Shown: positions 1 through 8,446 of the stretch, piece after piece
Layout: each line of letters opens with the position of its first letter
Numbering within the stretch: position 1 is the first letter of the stretch
Position numbers and translations under genes: made by a program
Notes under the pieces: model-generated
The model's input: the letters and a program-made list of their open reading frames with translations, nothing else
What the model was told of the DNA's origin: nothing
The model's database searches: none
IMG/VR virus record: IMGVR_UViG_3300034149_000104
Span: 1 to 28,550 of that record
Length of the DNA stretch: 28,550 nucleotides
DNA from: a virus
Lineage: Duplodnaviria > Caudoviricetes
Reading direction: 5' to 3' (one strand)

Positions 1-300
1 GAACACGTTCGCGGCGGCCGGCTGAACGGTCACTTCCTCGACCCGTCGGAGCAGATGCTTCGATGGTTCATGGAGCGCCGCTGGCCTGACCGCTGGGGGG
101 CTCCGACGTCGTCGCGGCTGACGATCGCCGGAGACGCCGACGCCCCTCTGTCGATCCGGTCCGAACGGATCGACCTCTGGTCTCCGGCCGAACGGCTGGC
201 CGCCGTGATCGAGGCGCGGGCCGAGGCCGGCGATAAGCAGGCTCGGGCGATCATGGCGGCCGGCGCGATCGACACGACCGCCACCGAGGACCCGCGCTAG
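1..300 (+). CDS. Probable terminase small subunit, C-terminal part (5' truncated by window)
   Basis: Frame open from base 1; WFMERRWPDRWG resembles the W-x-LERR-x-P-x-x-WG motif of actinophage TerS-like proteins; upstream of TerL. Confidence 0.6.
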   Translation, partial: EHVRGGRLNGHFLDPSEQMLRWFMERRWPDRWGAPTSSRLTIAGDADAPLSIRSERIDLWSPAERLAAVIEARAEAGDKQARAIMAAGAIDTTATEDPR

Positions 301-305
301 AGTCC

Positions 306-344
306 TTGACGCGTGGAACACGACGCGCTAGAGTACCGGTCATG
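306..344 (+). promoter_or_regulatory. Class A sigma70-type leaderless promoter, copy 1
   Basis: TTGACG(306)-17 nt-TAGAGT(329)-7 nt-ATG(342). Confidence 0.8.
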
Positions 345-620
345 AGCGCCCGAGGTAAGCCCCCGACCGACCGCTGCGGAACCGTCGACCCTGACTCCCG
401 CCTCGGCTCGACCTGCATCCTGACGACCTCCAACCCTCACGGTCACGTCGAACACGTCTCCCTCGGCTCCCGCTGGCCCGAGCCCTGCCGTAACTGCGGT
501 CGGACCGACCGGCTCCGCACCCCGATCCGCCTCGACGACGGCTCCCCCGCCTTCGTCCGCTGCGTGGACGCCCTCGGCTGCCGCGCCGAGCAGGAACGTC
601 AAGACGGCCATGCCGGCTAA
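342..620 (+). CDS. Hypothetical Cys/His-rich (Zn-binding) protein
   Basis: ATG at leaderless position; CRNC and C-x4-C motifs. Confidence 0.7.
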   Translation: MSARGKPPTDRCGTVDPDSRLGSTCILTTSNPHGHVEHVSLGSRWPEPCRNCGRTDRLRTPIRLDDGSPAFVRCVDALGCRAEQERQDGHAG

Positions 621-924
621 GGCCCCGACGGGCTACCTCCCCTTCGACCCTCTCGCCGCCTGGTGCGAACGGCGCGGCGAGACGTCGCTCCGCGGGATGG
701 CCCGCCTCCTCGACGTCGCCGCGTCGACGGTCCGCTGGTGGATCGAGAACGGGCTCACCGACTCGACCGCCGACGACGTCGCCACGCATATCGTCGGGGA
801 ACACCCGTCGGCCCTGTGGGGCTCCGATTGGGATGACCTCGCCGGCCTGACCCTCGACCTCGACGACGACTACTCGGACCTCGCCACCTGTTCGATCCGC
901 GAAATCCTGGCGACGTCGGCATGA
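610..924 (+). CDS. HTH DNA-binding protein
   Basis: SLRGMARLLDVAASTVRWW HTH pattern followed by HPSALW. Confidence 0.65.
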   Translation: MPAKAPTGYLPFDPLAAWCERRGETSLRGMARLLDVAASTVRWWIENGLTDSTADDVATHIVGEHPSALWGSDWDDLAGLTLDLDDDYSDLATCSIREILATSA

Positions 925-1148
925 GCCCGAGAGCCGCCAAGCGCCGCGCTGCGGTCCTCCTCGCGGATGGCCGGATAGGTCACCTGATCTACTGGCCGCC
1001 CGCCCCCGGGGAACCTCGGGACCTCGCCGGACGTCACGGTCGCCGCACCCGAGGTCGGACGCGGGCGCGTGTCATGCTCGACGACGGCCGCACCCTGACC
1101 CTCCCCATCCGTACCCTGACGATCATGGAGCCCTCTCATGGAGCCTGA
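921..1148 (+). CDS. Hypothetical protein
   Basis: ATGA overlap with upstream gene. Confidence 0.6.
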   Translation: MSPRAAKRRAAVLLADGRIGHLIYWPPAPGEPRDLAGRHGRRTRGRTRARVMLDDGRTLTLPIRTLTIMEPSHGA

Positions 1149-1377
1149 CTACACGGCGCTAGCCGAAGCCGACATCGCCGCCGCCTCGTCGCATCCGGCC
1201 GACCTGGCCGCCGCCGCCTTCTACGCGGCGCGGGCTCAGGCCTACGCGATGCTCGCCGTCGCGCAAGCCATCCGGGCGCAGACCACCTGGGGGGCGATGG
1301 ACGCCACGGATCGCGCCGACCTCGACGCCTACCGCGAACAGCACGCCCTCCGCGAGTCGGGCGAGGAGCCTTTCTAA
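1138..1377 (+). CDS. Hypothetical protein
   Basis: GGAG RBS; coupled to neighbours. Confidence 0.65.
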   Translation: MEPDYTALAEADIAAASSHPADLAAAAFYAARAQAYAMLAVAQAIRAQTTWGAMDATDRADLDAYREQHALRESGEEPF

Positions 1378-1883
1378 TGACCGACGTTCCGCTTCCCTTC
1401 GACGAGGCTCAGGCCCGCCTCACCGACCCGGAGACCTCCCACGAAGCCGCGGCGAGTGTCACGAACGCGGCGCGGCTCCGCTGGGTCGTCCTCGTCCGCC
1501 TCTGTCTGAACGCGCAGCGCCGGCTACAGGCCCGCCCGGGGGCCCCCGAGCCGCGATCCGAGATGTTCGACGATGCCGAATGGCTGTACGCCTGGGCTCC
1601 GGAGGTCGGCACCCCGGACTTCGCGCTCGTCGACACGCTCGACGCCTACTCCCCCTCGGGAGTCCGGACACGCCGGCACGAGTTGACGACCGCCGGCATG
1701 GTTCAGGCGATCCCCGGCTTCTACGCCCGCACCGAGACCGGCCGCCGGGCCCTGCTCTGGACACCGACCGCGATCGGCTGGCGCTACTGGTCGGGAGACA
1801 GGGTCGCCGCGATGCTCGAACGGGTTCGCCTCGCCCTCGACGTCGAGAAGGCGGCCCGAGACGTAGGAGAGGACACCCCGTAA
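1377..1883 (+). CDS. Phage winged-helix-like protein
   Basis: ARLTDPETSHEAA and SGVRTRRHEL motifs typical of a common phage wHTH family; TAATG coupling. Confidence 0.65.
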   Translation: MTDVPLPFDEAQARLTDPETSHEAAASVTNAARLRWVVLVRLCLNAQRRLQARPGAPEPRSEMFDDAEWLYAWAPEVGTPDFALVDTLDAYSPSGVRTRRHELTTAGMVQAIPGFYARTETGRRALLWTPTAIGWRYWSGDRVAAMLERVRLALDVEKAARDVGEDTP

Positions 1884-2050
1884 TGGCGGACCGATTCGAT
1901 CTTCGCAAGCTCGCGGCGGACTCACTATCGACCTCGCGCTACGACCAGCCCGGCAACGCCTCCTTCTGGCGAGCCTTGTCCGAAGCCCTTGCGTGGGCAG
2001 CCGATGAGATCGAACGCCTACGGGCAGCCGCAGGAGGGGACCCGCCGTGA
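1883..2050 (+). CDS. Hypothetical protein (MADRFDLRKL...)
   Basis: TAATG coupling; AADEIERLR motif. Confidence 0.6.
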   Translation: MADRFDLRKLAADSLSTSRYDQPGNASFWRALSEALAWAADEIERLRAAAGGDPP

Positions 2051-2553
2051 AGCGCCGGACCCTTCTCGTCATCATCGCGGTCTCGGCCGTCGTCCTCACG
2101 GCGCTCGCCGGATGCGGACCGCCACCCGGCATCCCTGTTCCTCCGCCCCCGGTCGATGTCGTAGGCGACTCGACCCTGTTCGGCGCGCAGACAGAATCGT
2201 CGATCGAAGGGGCGCGCGGCTGGTCCGGTTCCTCCCCGCTCACCTGGGCTGGGCTCGCCTCGGGTTCGCCTCGGGTCCTATGGGTCTTCGTCGGGACGAA
2301 CGGGACGGCGACGCCCGCCGAACAGGCCGCCGCGGTCGGGGCCGCCTGTCGAGGTCGGACGTGCATGGTGACCCTTCAAGGGGTCCGCCCCCTGTACGAC
2401 GCAGCGATGCGGGCGATCCCCGGCGTCGCCGTCTGCGACGTCTCGACGCCGGCCCTGAACCGACCCGACGGGGTGCATCCCGACAAGGCCGGCTCCTGGT
2501 GGCTCGCGCAGCGGATCAAGGGCTGCCGGGGTGCGCTCCTCGGCCTGCCGTGA
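2047..2553 (+). CDS. SGNH/GDSL hydrolase lipoprotein
   Basis: Signal peptide with lipobox LAGC; blocks VVGDS, VGTN and DGVHP. Confidence 0.75.
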   Translation: MKRRTLLVIIAVSAVVLTALAGCGPPPGIPVPPPPVDVVGDSTLFGAQTESSIEGARGWSGSSPLTWAGLASGSPRVLWVFVGTNGTATPAEQAAAVGAACRGRTCMVTLQGVRPLYDAAMRAIPGVAVCDVSTPALNRPDGVHPDKAGSWWLAQRIKGCRGALLGLP

Positions 2554-3248
2554 CCGTCGACGCCGCCGCTCACCCGGCCCGCTACACGCCCGCCCTGCTC
2601 GACGTCATCGCCGACAGGCTGACCGGCTGCCGTCTGATCCTCGACCCCTTCGCCGGGACAGGGGAACGGCTCGCGCTCATCGCCGAACGGTCAGGGTCGG
2701 TCGCGGTCGGGGTCGAAATCACGGCGGTCTTCATCGAACGGCCCGACATCGTCGCAGCCGGCGACGCCACCTGTCTCCCCTTCGCCGACGGCACCTTCGA
2801 CGGGGGCTGCTCTAGCCCGACCTACGGGAACGGGATGAATGACTCCTTCGTGTCGTCGGCCTGGGAGACGTCACGGCGTCACACCTACTCGCACGCGATG
2901 CGCGCCCGGATCGGCGACCGGGAGGCCCGCCTCCCGGCACGGTCCACCGCCCGATGGCACTTCGACACGGACGCCTACCGCGACCTTCACGTCGCCGCCT
3001 GGGGCGAGGTCGCCCGAGTCCTCCGCCCGGGAGCGCCCTTCGTCCTGAACACGAAGAACAGCGCCGACCGTCGCCGTAGCGGCAGGGTCGCCTCGTCACC
3101 CGTCACGGCCTGGCATCGGGCCGTCCTCCGTTCGGTCGGCTTCGACGAGGTCGACCGGATCGAGGTCACCGCCGCCGGGCTCCGTCACGGCGCTAACCGG
3201 GATCGGGTCCCCGTCGAGGACCTGACCGTCTTCCGCCGCGCACTCTAG
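2550..3248 (+). CDS. DNA amino-methyltransferase (N4-C/N6-A type)
   Basis: HPARY, ILDPFAGTG (SAM binding), GVEI, GDA and SPTY (SPPY-like catalytic motif); GTGA overlap start. Confidence 0.8.
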   Translation: MTVDAAAHPARYTPALLDVIADRLTGCRLILDPFAGTGERLALIAERSGSVAVGVEITAVFIERPDIVAAGDATCLPFADGTFDGGCSSPTYGNGMNDSFVSSAWETSRRHTYSHAMRARIGDREARLPARSTARWHFDTDAYRDLHVAAWGEVARVLRPGAPFVLNTKNSADRRRSGRVASSPVTAWHRAVLRSVGFDEVDRIEVTAAGLRHGANRDRVPVEDLTVFRRAL

Positions 3249-3286
3249 CGGTACCATCCGACTACGACCCCCGAGGAGACCCCACC

Positions 3287-3826
3287 ATGCCCGTCGCCGT
3301 CGTCGCCGCCCTAGACGTCATCCTCACCGATACCGCCACGGTGGCCGGCCGTGAGCGGCCCCGACACGCCTTCATGCTGTACGCCTGCGCCCGAGACGAG
3401 GAGGGGGCCCGCGAACGGCTCTACGGCAGCCTGATCGAAGTGATCGCTCCCGCCCTCACCTTCACGGCGGAACCTCAGCGCGGCGAGTTCGCCTCCTGGG
3501 CGCTGATCTACTATCAGCGGCCCGGCTACGCCCTCGGCGACGTCGCCCCGTCTCGCATGAGTTGGGCGGCCCGCGTTCAGGACACCGACGGAACGTCACT
3601 CCCCTTCCTAAAGCGTGACCTCGCCCGGAATCGTCTCCGGGTCGCCGAGCGGCTCGTCCGGGAGTGTCGGATCGCCGGAGCCCTCCCGTACCGCCTTGTC
3701 CCGCCGTCGTTCCGCCCGGACATTCTCCCCCCGCACCCGATCCTGATGCCCGAGTCCGTCCCCGGCGACCCGCTCGGCGTGCTCGTCCTCGGCGAACGGT
3801 CTCAGGTCGAGGGGGTCGGGCTGTGA
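3287..3826 (+). CDS. Hypothetical protein
   Basis: GAGGAG RBS; TACCAT -10-like hexamer at 3252. Confidence 0.65.
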   Translation: MPVAVVAALDVILTDTATVAGRERPRHAFMLYACARDEEGARERLYGSLIEVIAPALTFTAEPQRGEFASWALIYYQRPGYALGDVAPSRMSWAARVQDTDGTSLPFLKRDLARNRLRVAERLVRECRIAGALPYRLVPPSFRPDILPPHPILMPESVPGDPLGVLVLGERSQVEGVGL

Positions 3827-4104
3827 ACGACTGTCCCTGTGGCCTAGAGCCCCGCCGTCCCGGGCAGCGCTACGGGCTGGCCTGTCACCGGGCGGCGCAG
3901 CGCACATACCGGGCCCTCGACGCGGTCGAGCCGCCCGCCCCCGGCGAGGCGACGATCACGGTCGTCGTCCGGGTCCCGGAGAGTGTCGCCGTGGCGACCG
4001 TCGCCTGGATGACCGACCGTCTCCCCGGCTACGGCTCCCGGGAACGGGTCACGATCCGCCGGCATGGCCGCCGGCCCGAACATTGGAGATTCGATGATGA
4101 CTGA
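3823..4104 (+). CDS. Hypothetical protein
   Basis: GTGA overlap; Cys-containing N-terminus. Confidence 0.55.
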   Translation: MNDCPCGLEPRRPGQRYGLACHRAAQRTYRALDAVEPPAPGEATITVVVRVPESVAVATVAWMTDRLPGYGSRERVTIRRHGRRPEHWRFDDD

Positions 4105-4375
4105 CTCAGGGGAGCGGCTATTCCCGGCGCTCGTCGCGGCCGGCGCGGAGCCGACCTGCGGGAACTGTCGGCTCGGGCGACCCTCCCCGAACGGGCCCGA
4201 CGTCATCTCGTGTCGCGCTCGCCCGCCCGCCGTGTTCGTTCATGACGTGTTCGTGTCGCACGGTCACGCCCTGACGGGGGACGGGCCGATCAAGGCGACA
4301 CAGATTCTGTCGGAGTTCCCGACGATCCCCGCCACCGAATGGTGCGCCGAGCACCGCTACCGGGGAGAGTCCTAG
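4094..4375 (+). CDS. Small Cys-rich phage protein
   Basis: CGNC...CRARPP...FP...WCAEH pattern; GGAG RBS. Confidence 0.7.
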   Translation: MMTDSGERLFPALVAAGAEPTCGNCRLGRPSPNGPDVISCRARPPAVFVHDVFVSHGHALTGDGPIKATQILSEFPTIPATEWCAEHRYRGES

Positions 4376-4376
4376 C

Positions 4377-4967
4377 GTGGCCCTGTGCAATCCGCTCCGG
4401 CCGTGTCACTGCGGCGCGGACGAATGGGCTCCCGTCAGGCTCGCCGCCGGCCCGGTCCTCTGCGTCCTGTTCGCCTGCTGGACCGTGACCGTGTCGACGG
4501 TCCTGTTCGTCCCGCTCCTCGCCGCCGCGGTGGCCTTCACCCGGTCGACCTGGCGGACGATCCCGACCGTCTCCGCCGGAGCCCTGTACGGCTTCGGGAC
4601 GATGGCGGTCGCCGGGACGACGGGTCAGGTCCTCGGCGCGATCGCCGGTTCCGCCCCGGTCGCCGCCGCCGCCGCCCTGTATCTCGTCGCTCATGACCCG
4701 TTCGGCGAGGAGGCCGCCCGGAGCATCGTCGTCGTCCGTCGCAGGGAACCGCCCGCCCGGATAGACCATGTGGGCACGAGCCGCTACGACCGGCCCCGTC
4801 GCCGGCCCCGCTGGACCGCCCCCAGACTCCCCAGAGCGACGACCATCGCTCAGGCCGCCTACAGACGCCGCACCCCGACCCCGCCGCCTCCACCGGCCGT
4901 AGAACCGCCGATCGAGACGACCGCCATAGAAAGGCCCCGCCGTGAACTTCCGCGACACTGTCCGTGA
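4377..4967 (+). CDS. Membrane protein with Pro/Arg-rich tail
   Basis: Three to four hydrophobic segments. Confidence 0.6.
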   Translation: MALCNPLRPCHCGADEWAPVRLAAGPVLCVLFACWTVTVSTVLFVPLLAAAVAFTRSTWRTIPTVSAGALYGFGTMAVAGTTGQVLGAIAGSAPVAAAAALYLVAHDPFGEEAARSIVVVRRREPPARIDHVGTSRYDRPRRRPRWTAPRLPRATTIAQAAYRRRTPTPPPPPAVEPPIETTAIERPRRELPRHCP

Positions 4968-5172
4968 CGCCTTCGGCCGAAATCTCGCCAAGGTCTACAA
5001 GCCGAGAGTCAAGGCGACTCCGCCGCCGTCGAAGCATCGGAAGCGGCTCCGTGACGGGTCGGGGACCGCTCTCGCGACGGGCCGCCGGCCGGCGGCCGTG
5101 AAGGCTGAACGTCGAGCCCGCCGGAAGATGCGGACCGCCACCCGTCGCTCACAGCGGGCACACGGCCGATGA
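4942..5172 (+). CDS. Small basic protein
   Basis: Arg/Lys-rich ORF coupled to downstream gene. Confidence 0.55.
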   Translation: MNFRDTVRDAFGRNLAKVYKPRVKATPPPSKHRKRLRDGSGTALATGRRPAAVKAERRARRKMRTATRRSQRAHGR

Positions 5173-5426
5173 TCTTCGCTCTCCTCCGGGTCTTCGCCGA
5201 TATCTGCCTGCTCGCCGGCCTCGGTTACGTCCTCGTCGAGACCGCCCGGCTCGATAAGGAAGTGCGGCGGCTCTCAGCGAACGAGCACGGCCTCGACGTG
5301 ATCGCCAAGCACACGGACGCCCTCACCGCCGAGACCGTCGCCCTCGACGCCGTCCGGGCCGAACTGGACGCCCTCACCGCCCGCATATCCGTGACCCCCC
5401 CGAAGGAGACCCGCACCGATGCCTGA
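5169..5426 (+). CDS. Membrane-anchored coiled-coil protein
   Basis: N-terminal TM helix; ATGA overlap. Confidence 0.6.
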   Translation: MIFALLRVFADICLLAGLGYVLVETARLDKEVRRLSANEHGLDVIAKHTDALTAETVALDAVRAELDALTARISVTPPKETRTDA

Positions 5427-5670
5427 TCCGACCGCCGTCTGGCACGTCCCCGCCTTCCTGATCCCCGGCCTCATGGCCGTCATGCTGGCCGGCTTCCTCG
5501 CCCTCGCGTTCGGGGCCGTCCGGTATCGGGCGAAGCGCGCCGAGCCCCTCACCCGAGCCGAGGCCGTCCGCGTGTTCCTCCGCCTCGACCCTGACCCGGA
5601 CCTCGCCCGCCGGACGACCGTCGTCGACCGCGTCCCGGTGGAGTCGATCCGTCGCCAGATCACCCGATGA
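5419..5670 (+). CDS. Small membrane protein
   Basis: AAGGAG RBS; one TM helix. Confidence 0.6.
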   Translation: MPDPTAVWHVPAFLIPGLMAVMLAGFLALAFGAVRYRAKRAEPLTRAEAVRVFLRLDPDPDLARRTTVVDRVPVESIRRQITR

Positions 5671-6152
5671 CCGACGACTACCGCTACACGCTCCACCGGC
5701 CGGTAGGGCTACGACCAGAACAGGTCCTCAGTCGGCTCTGTTGGGTGATGCTGAACCCGTCCACGGCGACCGACGACGTCGACGACCCCACCATCCGCCG
5801 CGTGATCGGGTTCACACGGCGGCTCGGATACAACTCCCTGATCGTCGTCAACCTGTTCGCCCGCCGAGCGACCCGCCCCGCACATCTCGCCGACCCCGGC
5901 GACCCGGTTGGCCCCGAGAACGATCAAGCGATCGCGTCCGCCGCCCGCACGTCCGCCGCGATCATCGCCGCCTGGGGATCGCACGGAGCGGACCGGGCCC
6001 TCGCCCCGCGACGGGCACACGTCGAGGCCCTCCTGTTCCAACAGCGCGACCGCGGGCCCGTCTTCTGTCTCGGCTACACGAAGGGCGGACAACCCCGCCA
6101 CCCGCTGTACCTCCCCGCCGACACGCCCAGAGTCCGCTACGTCCCGGCCTGA
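5667..6152 (+). CDS. DUF1643 family protein
   Basis: VMLNPSTA, DDPTIRR, NLFA-RAT, IIAAWG and PRHPLY motifs. Confidence 0.9.
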   Translation: MTDDYRYTLHRPVGLRPEQVLSRLCWVMLNPSTATDDVDDPTIRRVIGFTRRLGYNSLIVVNLFARRATRPAHLADPGDPVGPENDQAIASAARTSAAIIAAWGSHGADRALAPRRAHVEALLFQQRDRGPVFCLGYTKGGQPRHPLYLPADTPRVRYVPA

Positions 6153-6155
6153 CCG

Positions 6156-6578
6156 ATGGGACTCGCCGGGGCTCACGTCTCAACCTCCCGAGCCGGATCG
6201 CTCGGCATCATCTCGATCGACGGGCTTCCCGACATCGAAGCGCATCACGGCCGCGGCTGGCAGGCCCACTACGGCGACCGCCTCTACCGGGACCGGACCC
6301 TCGCCCGCCTCGCCCGCCAGATCAGAGACGACCTCCTCGCCGGACCGAAGACGAACCATCGGCAGACCGCCAAGAAGCGGGGCCCGGCGAAGGGGAGAGG
6401 AGCGAACCGCTACGACCGGGCCGCCCAAGTCCTCGACAAGATCAGCCAACGCAACCCCGACCACACCCATCCGCCGCTCGACGACCGGATAGGCCGCCTC
6501 GACCCCCAACCCCCGCCCCCGAACCGCTACGACCGGGCACACCCCCAACCGCCGCCACCCGATGCCGACCGCCACTAA
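6156..6578 (+). CDS. Hypothetical protein with repeated NRYDRA
   Basis: ORF fills the gap before TerL; low-complexity 3' half. Confidence 0.4.
   Translation: MGLAGAHVSTSRAGSLGIISIDGLPDIEAHHGRGWQAHYGDRLYRDRTLARLARQIRDDLLAGPKTNHRQTAKKRGPAKGRGANRYDRAAQVLDKISQRNPDHTHPPLDDRIGRLDPQPPPPNRYDRAHPQPPPPDADRH
6403..6538 (+). repeat. 19-bp exact direct repeat CGAACCGCTACGACCGGGC
   Basis: Copies at 6403-6421 and 6520-6538. Confidence 0.85.
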
Positions 6579-7617
6579 CCCCCGCACCCGTCCTGTAGTT
6601 CCTGCCGGTACACGCGCGCCCGCGCGGTTGACGCTCGCCGCCGACTGGACGACGACCCTCGACTGGATCGGGCCGGCGTTCTCGCTCCGGGAAGCGTGTC
6701 CGCCGGCTCCGGGGCTGACCTGGTGGGCTCAGGAGCCGACCCCTCGACAGCACGCCTTCCTCCTCGGCGACGAGCGGGAGCGGCTGTACGGCGGCGGGGC
6801 GGGCGGCGGGAAGTCGTCGGCGCTCCTCATGGCCGCCATGCAGTACGTCTGCGTCCCGGGCTATCAGTCGCTCCTGTTGCGGCGGACCTTCCCTCAGTTG
6901 GCGGACTCGGGCGGCCTGATCGAGCGGGCGAAGGGCTGGATGATGCCGCTCGTCGAGCAGGGCTACGCGGAGTGGCATGAGGCTCGACATCGGTACACGT
7001 TCCCGTCCGGGGCGGGCCTCTGGTTCAACTTCGCGTCGCGGAACGATGACCGCTGGAAGTTTCAGTCGTCCGAGTATCAGACGGTCGGCTTCGACGAGGT
7101 CACTCACTGGCCCGATCCGGTCGTCTACACCTATGTGGGCTTCTCCCGGGTCCGTGGCCCCGCGGTCCCCTGTCGGAACTGCGGGGAGGACGTCGAGAAG
7201 TCGACGGGCGCGTGGCGACACTCGGACGGCGACGAGGCCGACGACCGCTGCGGCGACCCTGACCCGGCCGTCGCCCTCCCGGCCTGTCCGGGCTGCGGAC
7301 TGACCCTCGCGGACGTTCCGCTTCGGACGATGGCCGGCACCAACCCGGGTGGCCGAGGTCACGGCTGGGTCAAGAAGCGGTACGGGCTCCGCCGGCTCGG
7401 CGACCGTGACCCGGAGCACATGATCCGCTACCCGAACCGTCTGTTCATCAAGGCGCTCATGGAGGACAACCCGCACCTGAACCGGCGCACCTACCGGGAG
7501 GGGCTCGCCGAGTTGGACCCCGTCGACCGGGCCCGGCTAGAGCGCGGCGACTGGGATGCGACGGAGTCGGGCCGCATGTTCTCCCGGCTCTGGATCGTCG
7601 GCGAAGAAGCGGCCTGA
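6562..7617 (+). CDS. terL: Terminase large subunit, ATPase domain only (start uncertain)
   Basis: PTPRQ, Walker A YGGGAGGGKS, LLRRTFPQL, Walker B GFDEV, TNPGGRGHGWVKKRY, DNPHL and GDWD; stops after the GRMFSRLW linker. Confidence 0.92.
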   Translation: MPTATNPRTRPVVPAGTRAPARLTLAADWTTTLDWIGPAFSLREACPPAPGLTWWAQEPTPRQHAFLLGDERERLYGGGAGGGKSSALLMAAMQYVCVPGYQSLLLRRTFPQLADSGGLIERAKGWMMPLVEQGYAEWHEARHRYTFPSGAGLWFNFASRNDDRWKFQSSEYQTVGFDEVTHWPDPVVYTYVGFSRVRGPAVPCRNCGEDVEKSTGAWRHSDGDEADDRCGDPDPAVALPACPGCGLTLADVPLRTMAGTNPGGRGHGWVKKRYGLRRLGDRDPEHMIRYPNRLFIKALMEDNPHLNRRTYREGLAELDPVDRARLERGDWDATESGRMFSRLWIVGEEAA

Positions 7618-7620
7618 CGC

Positions 7621-8029
7621 GACCGAGTCCCCTCCCACGTCTCTCGCCCGGTTGCGCTATCGGGTGCAGACGAGGTCGGGGACACGGCCGGCGCGGAGCC
7701 CGAGCCTAGACGCGAGGAGAACCCCGACCCGTCGGCCGAGGCTCTCCTGTTCGGGGCCGCCCTTGTAGGCGATGATGGCGGCCGCTGCCTGTCACTGACC
7801 CGCTCGGCCCGATCCCGCGACGCGGGCGGGCCGGCGGACTGATCCCCGAGCCGCGGTGACGTCCGGCGCTCGCAGCCCTCGGGGCCTCATGTATCCCCTC
7901 GGGTGGTTCTGCTGCTATACCGGCTCGGACGCTCGGCCTGCTCTTGACGACGTCACCCTGTCGCCCTCGGGAGGCCGGTCTCGGTCGGACCCTGTCTCGG
8001 GCGCTCCTGTCGCTCCCGGCTCCCTTGTA
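7621..8029 (-). ncRNA. Candidate large structured non-coding RNA, family unknown
   Basis: Consensus promoter upstream; no convincing ORF; at least six helices, with G-U pairs that work only on the minus strand. Confidence 0.6.
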
Positions 8030-8035
8030 AACCCC

Positions 8036-8064
8036 ATCATACGCCCCGCACTCGAGCCCGTCAA
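8036..8064 (-). promoter_or_regulatory. Strong sigma70-type promoter for the candidate ncRNA
   Basis: TTGACG(8064-8059)-17 nt-TATGAT(8041-8036). Confidence 0.8.
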
Positions 8065-8069
8065 GTGAT

Positions 8070-8099
8070 TCGGGAAGATTTCTCGGGGAATCTTTCCGA
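8070..8099. promoter_or_regulatory. Imperfect palindrome (operator or hairpin) between divergent promoters
   Basis: TCGGGAAGATTTC-tcgg-GGAATCTTTCCGA. Confidence 0.55.
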
Positions 8100-8134
8100 C
8101 GTCACCCCGAGCGGCCTGCATGTACGCTAGCGGT

Positions 8135-8446
8135 ATGGCTGCGATCCTCACTGACCGCTACCGCGAAATGGCCTCCGCCGTCCTCACCGCCGAACTGGCC
8201 GGAGTCGAACGGCTCATCGCCGACGCCCTCGCCTGGACCGATCCCCGCTACGTCGACCGGGTCCACGTCGTCGACGCCGGCCCCTTCGTCGCGCTCGACG
8301 ACCCCGAGGCCCGCTGGGCGGTCGCCTCCTGGCTCGTTCACCCCGACCGCGACCCGAACAGCCGGGCGATCTGCTCCGCTGACTTCGCGCTCGCCCTGCG
8401 CGGGCCCCGACACCCATCCGACCCTGATTGGAGCACCGGCCGATGA
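8135..8446 (+). CDS. Hypothetical protein
   Basis: TACGCT(8123)-6 nt-ATG leaderless start; ATGA overlap with next gene. Confidence 0.65.
   Translation: MAAILTDRYREMASAVLTAELAGVERLIADALAWTDPRYVDRVHVVDAGPFVALDDPEARWAVASWLVHPDRDPNSRAICSADFALALRGPRHPSDPDWSTGR

Noticed and set aside
1-10. LexA box GAACACGTTC
   Set aside because: Spacer is 2 nt rather than 4, and the site is inside a coding region
1989-2549. Long N-terminal extension of the methyltransferase (similarly 9599, 13355 and 27078 starts)
   Set aside because: Overlaps real upstream genes; coupled or leaderless downstream starts fit better
3241-3250. Minus-strand CGCTAGAGTG as another class A promoter
   Set aside because: No -35 at the 17-nt spacing and no plausible downstream gene
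7792-7890. 32-aa minus-strand ORF (MRPRGLRAPD...) behind GAGGGG within the candidate RNA
   Set aside because: Atypical codon usage and buried in strong stems; remains a minor alternative
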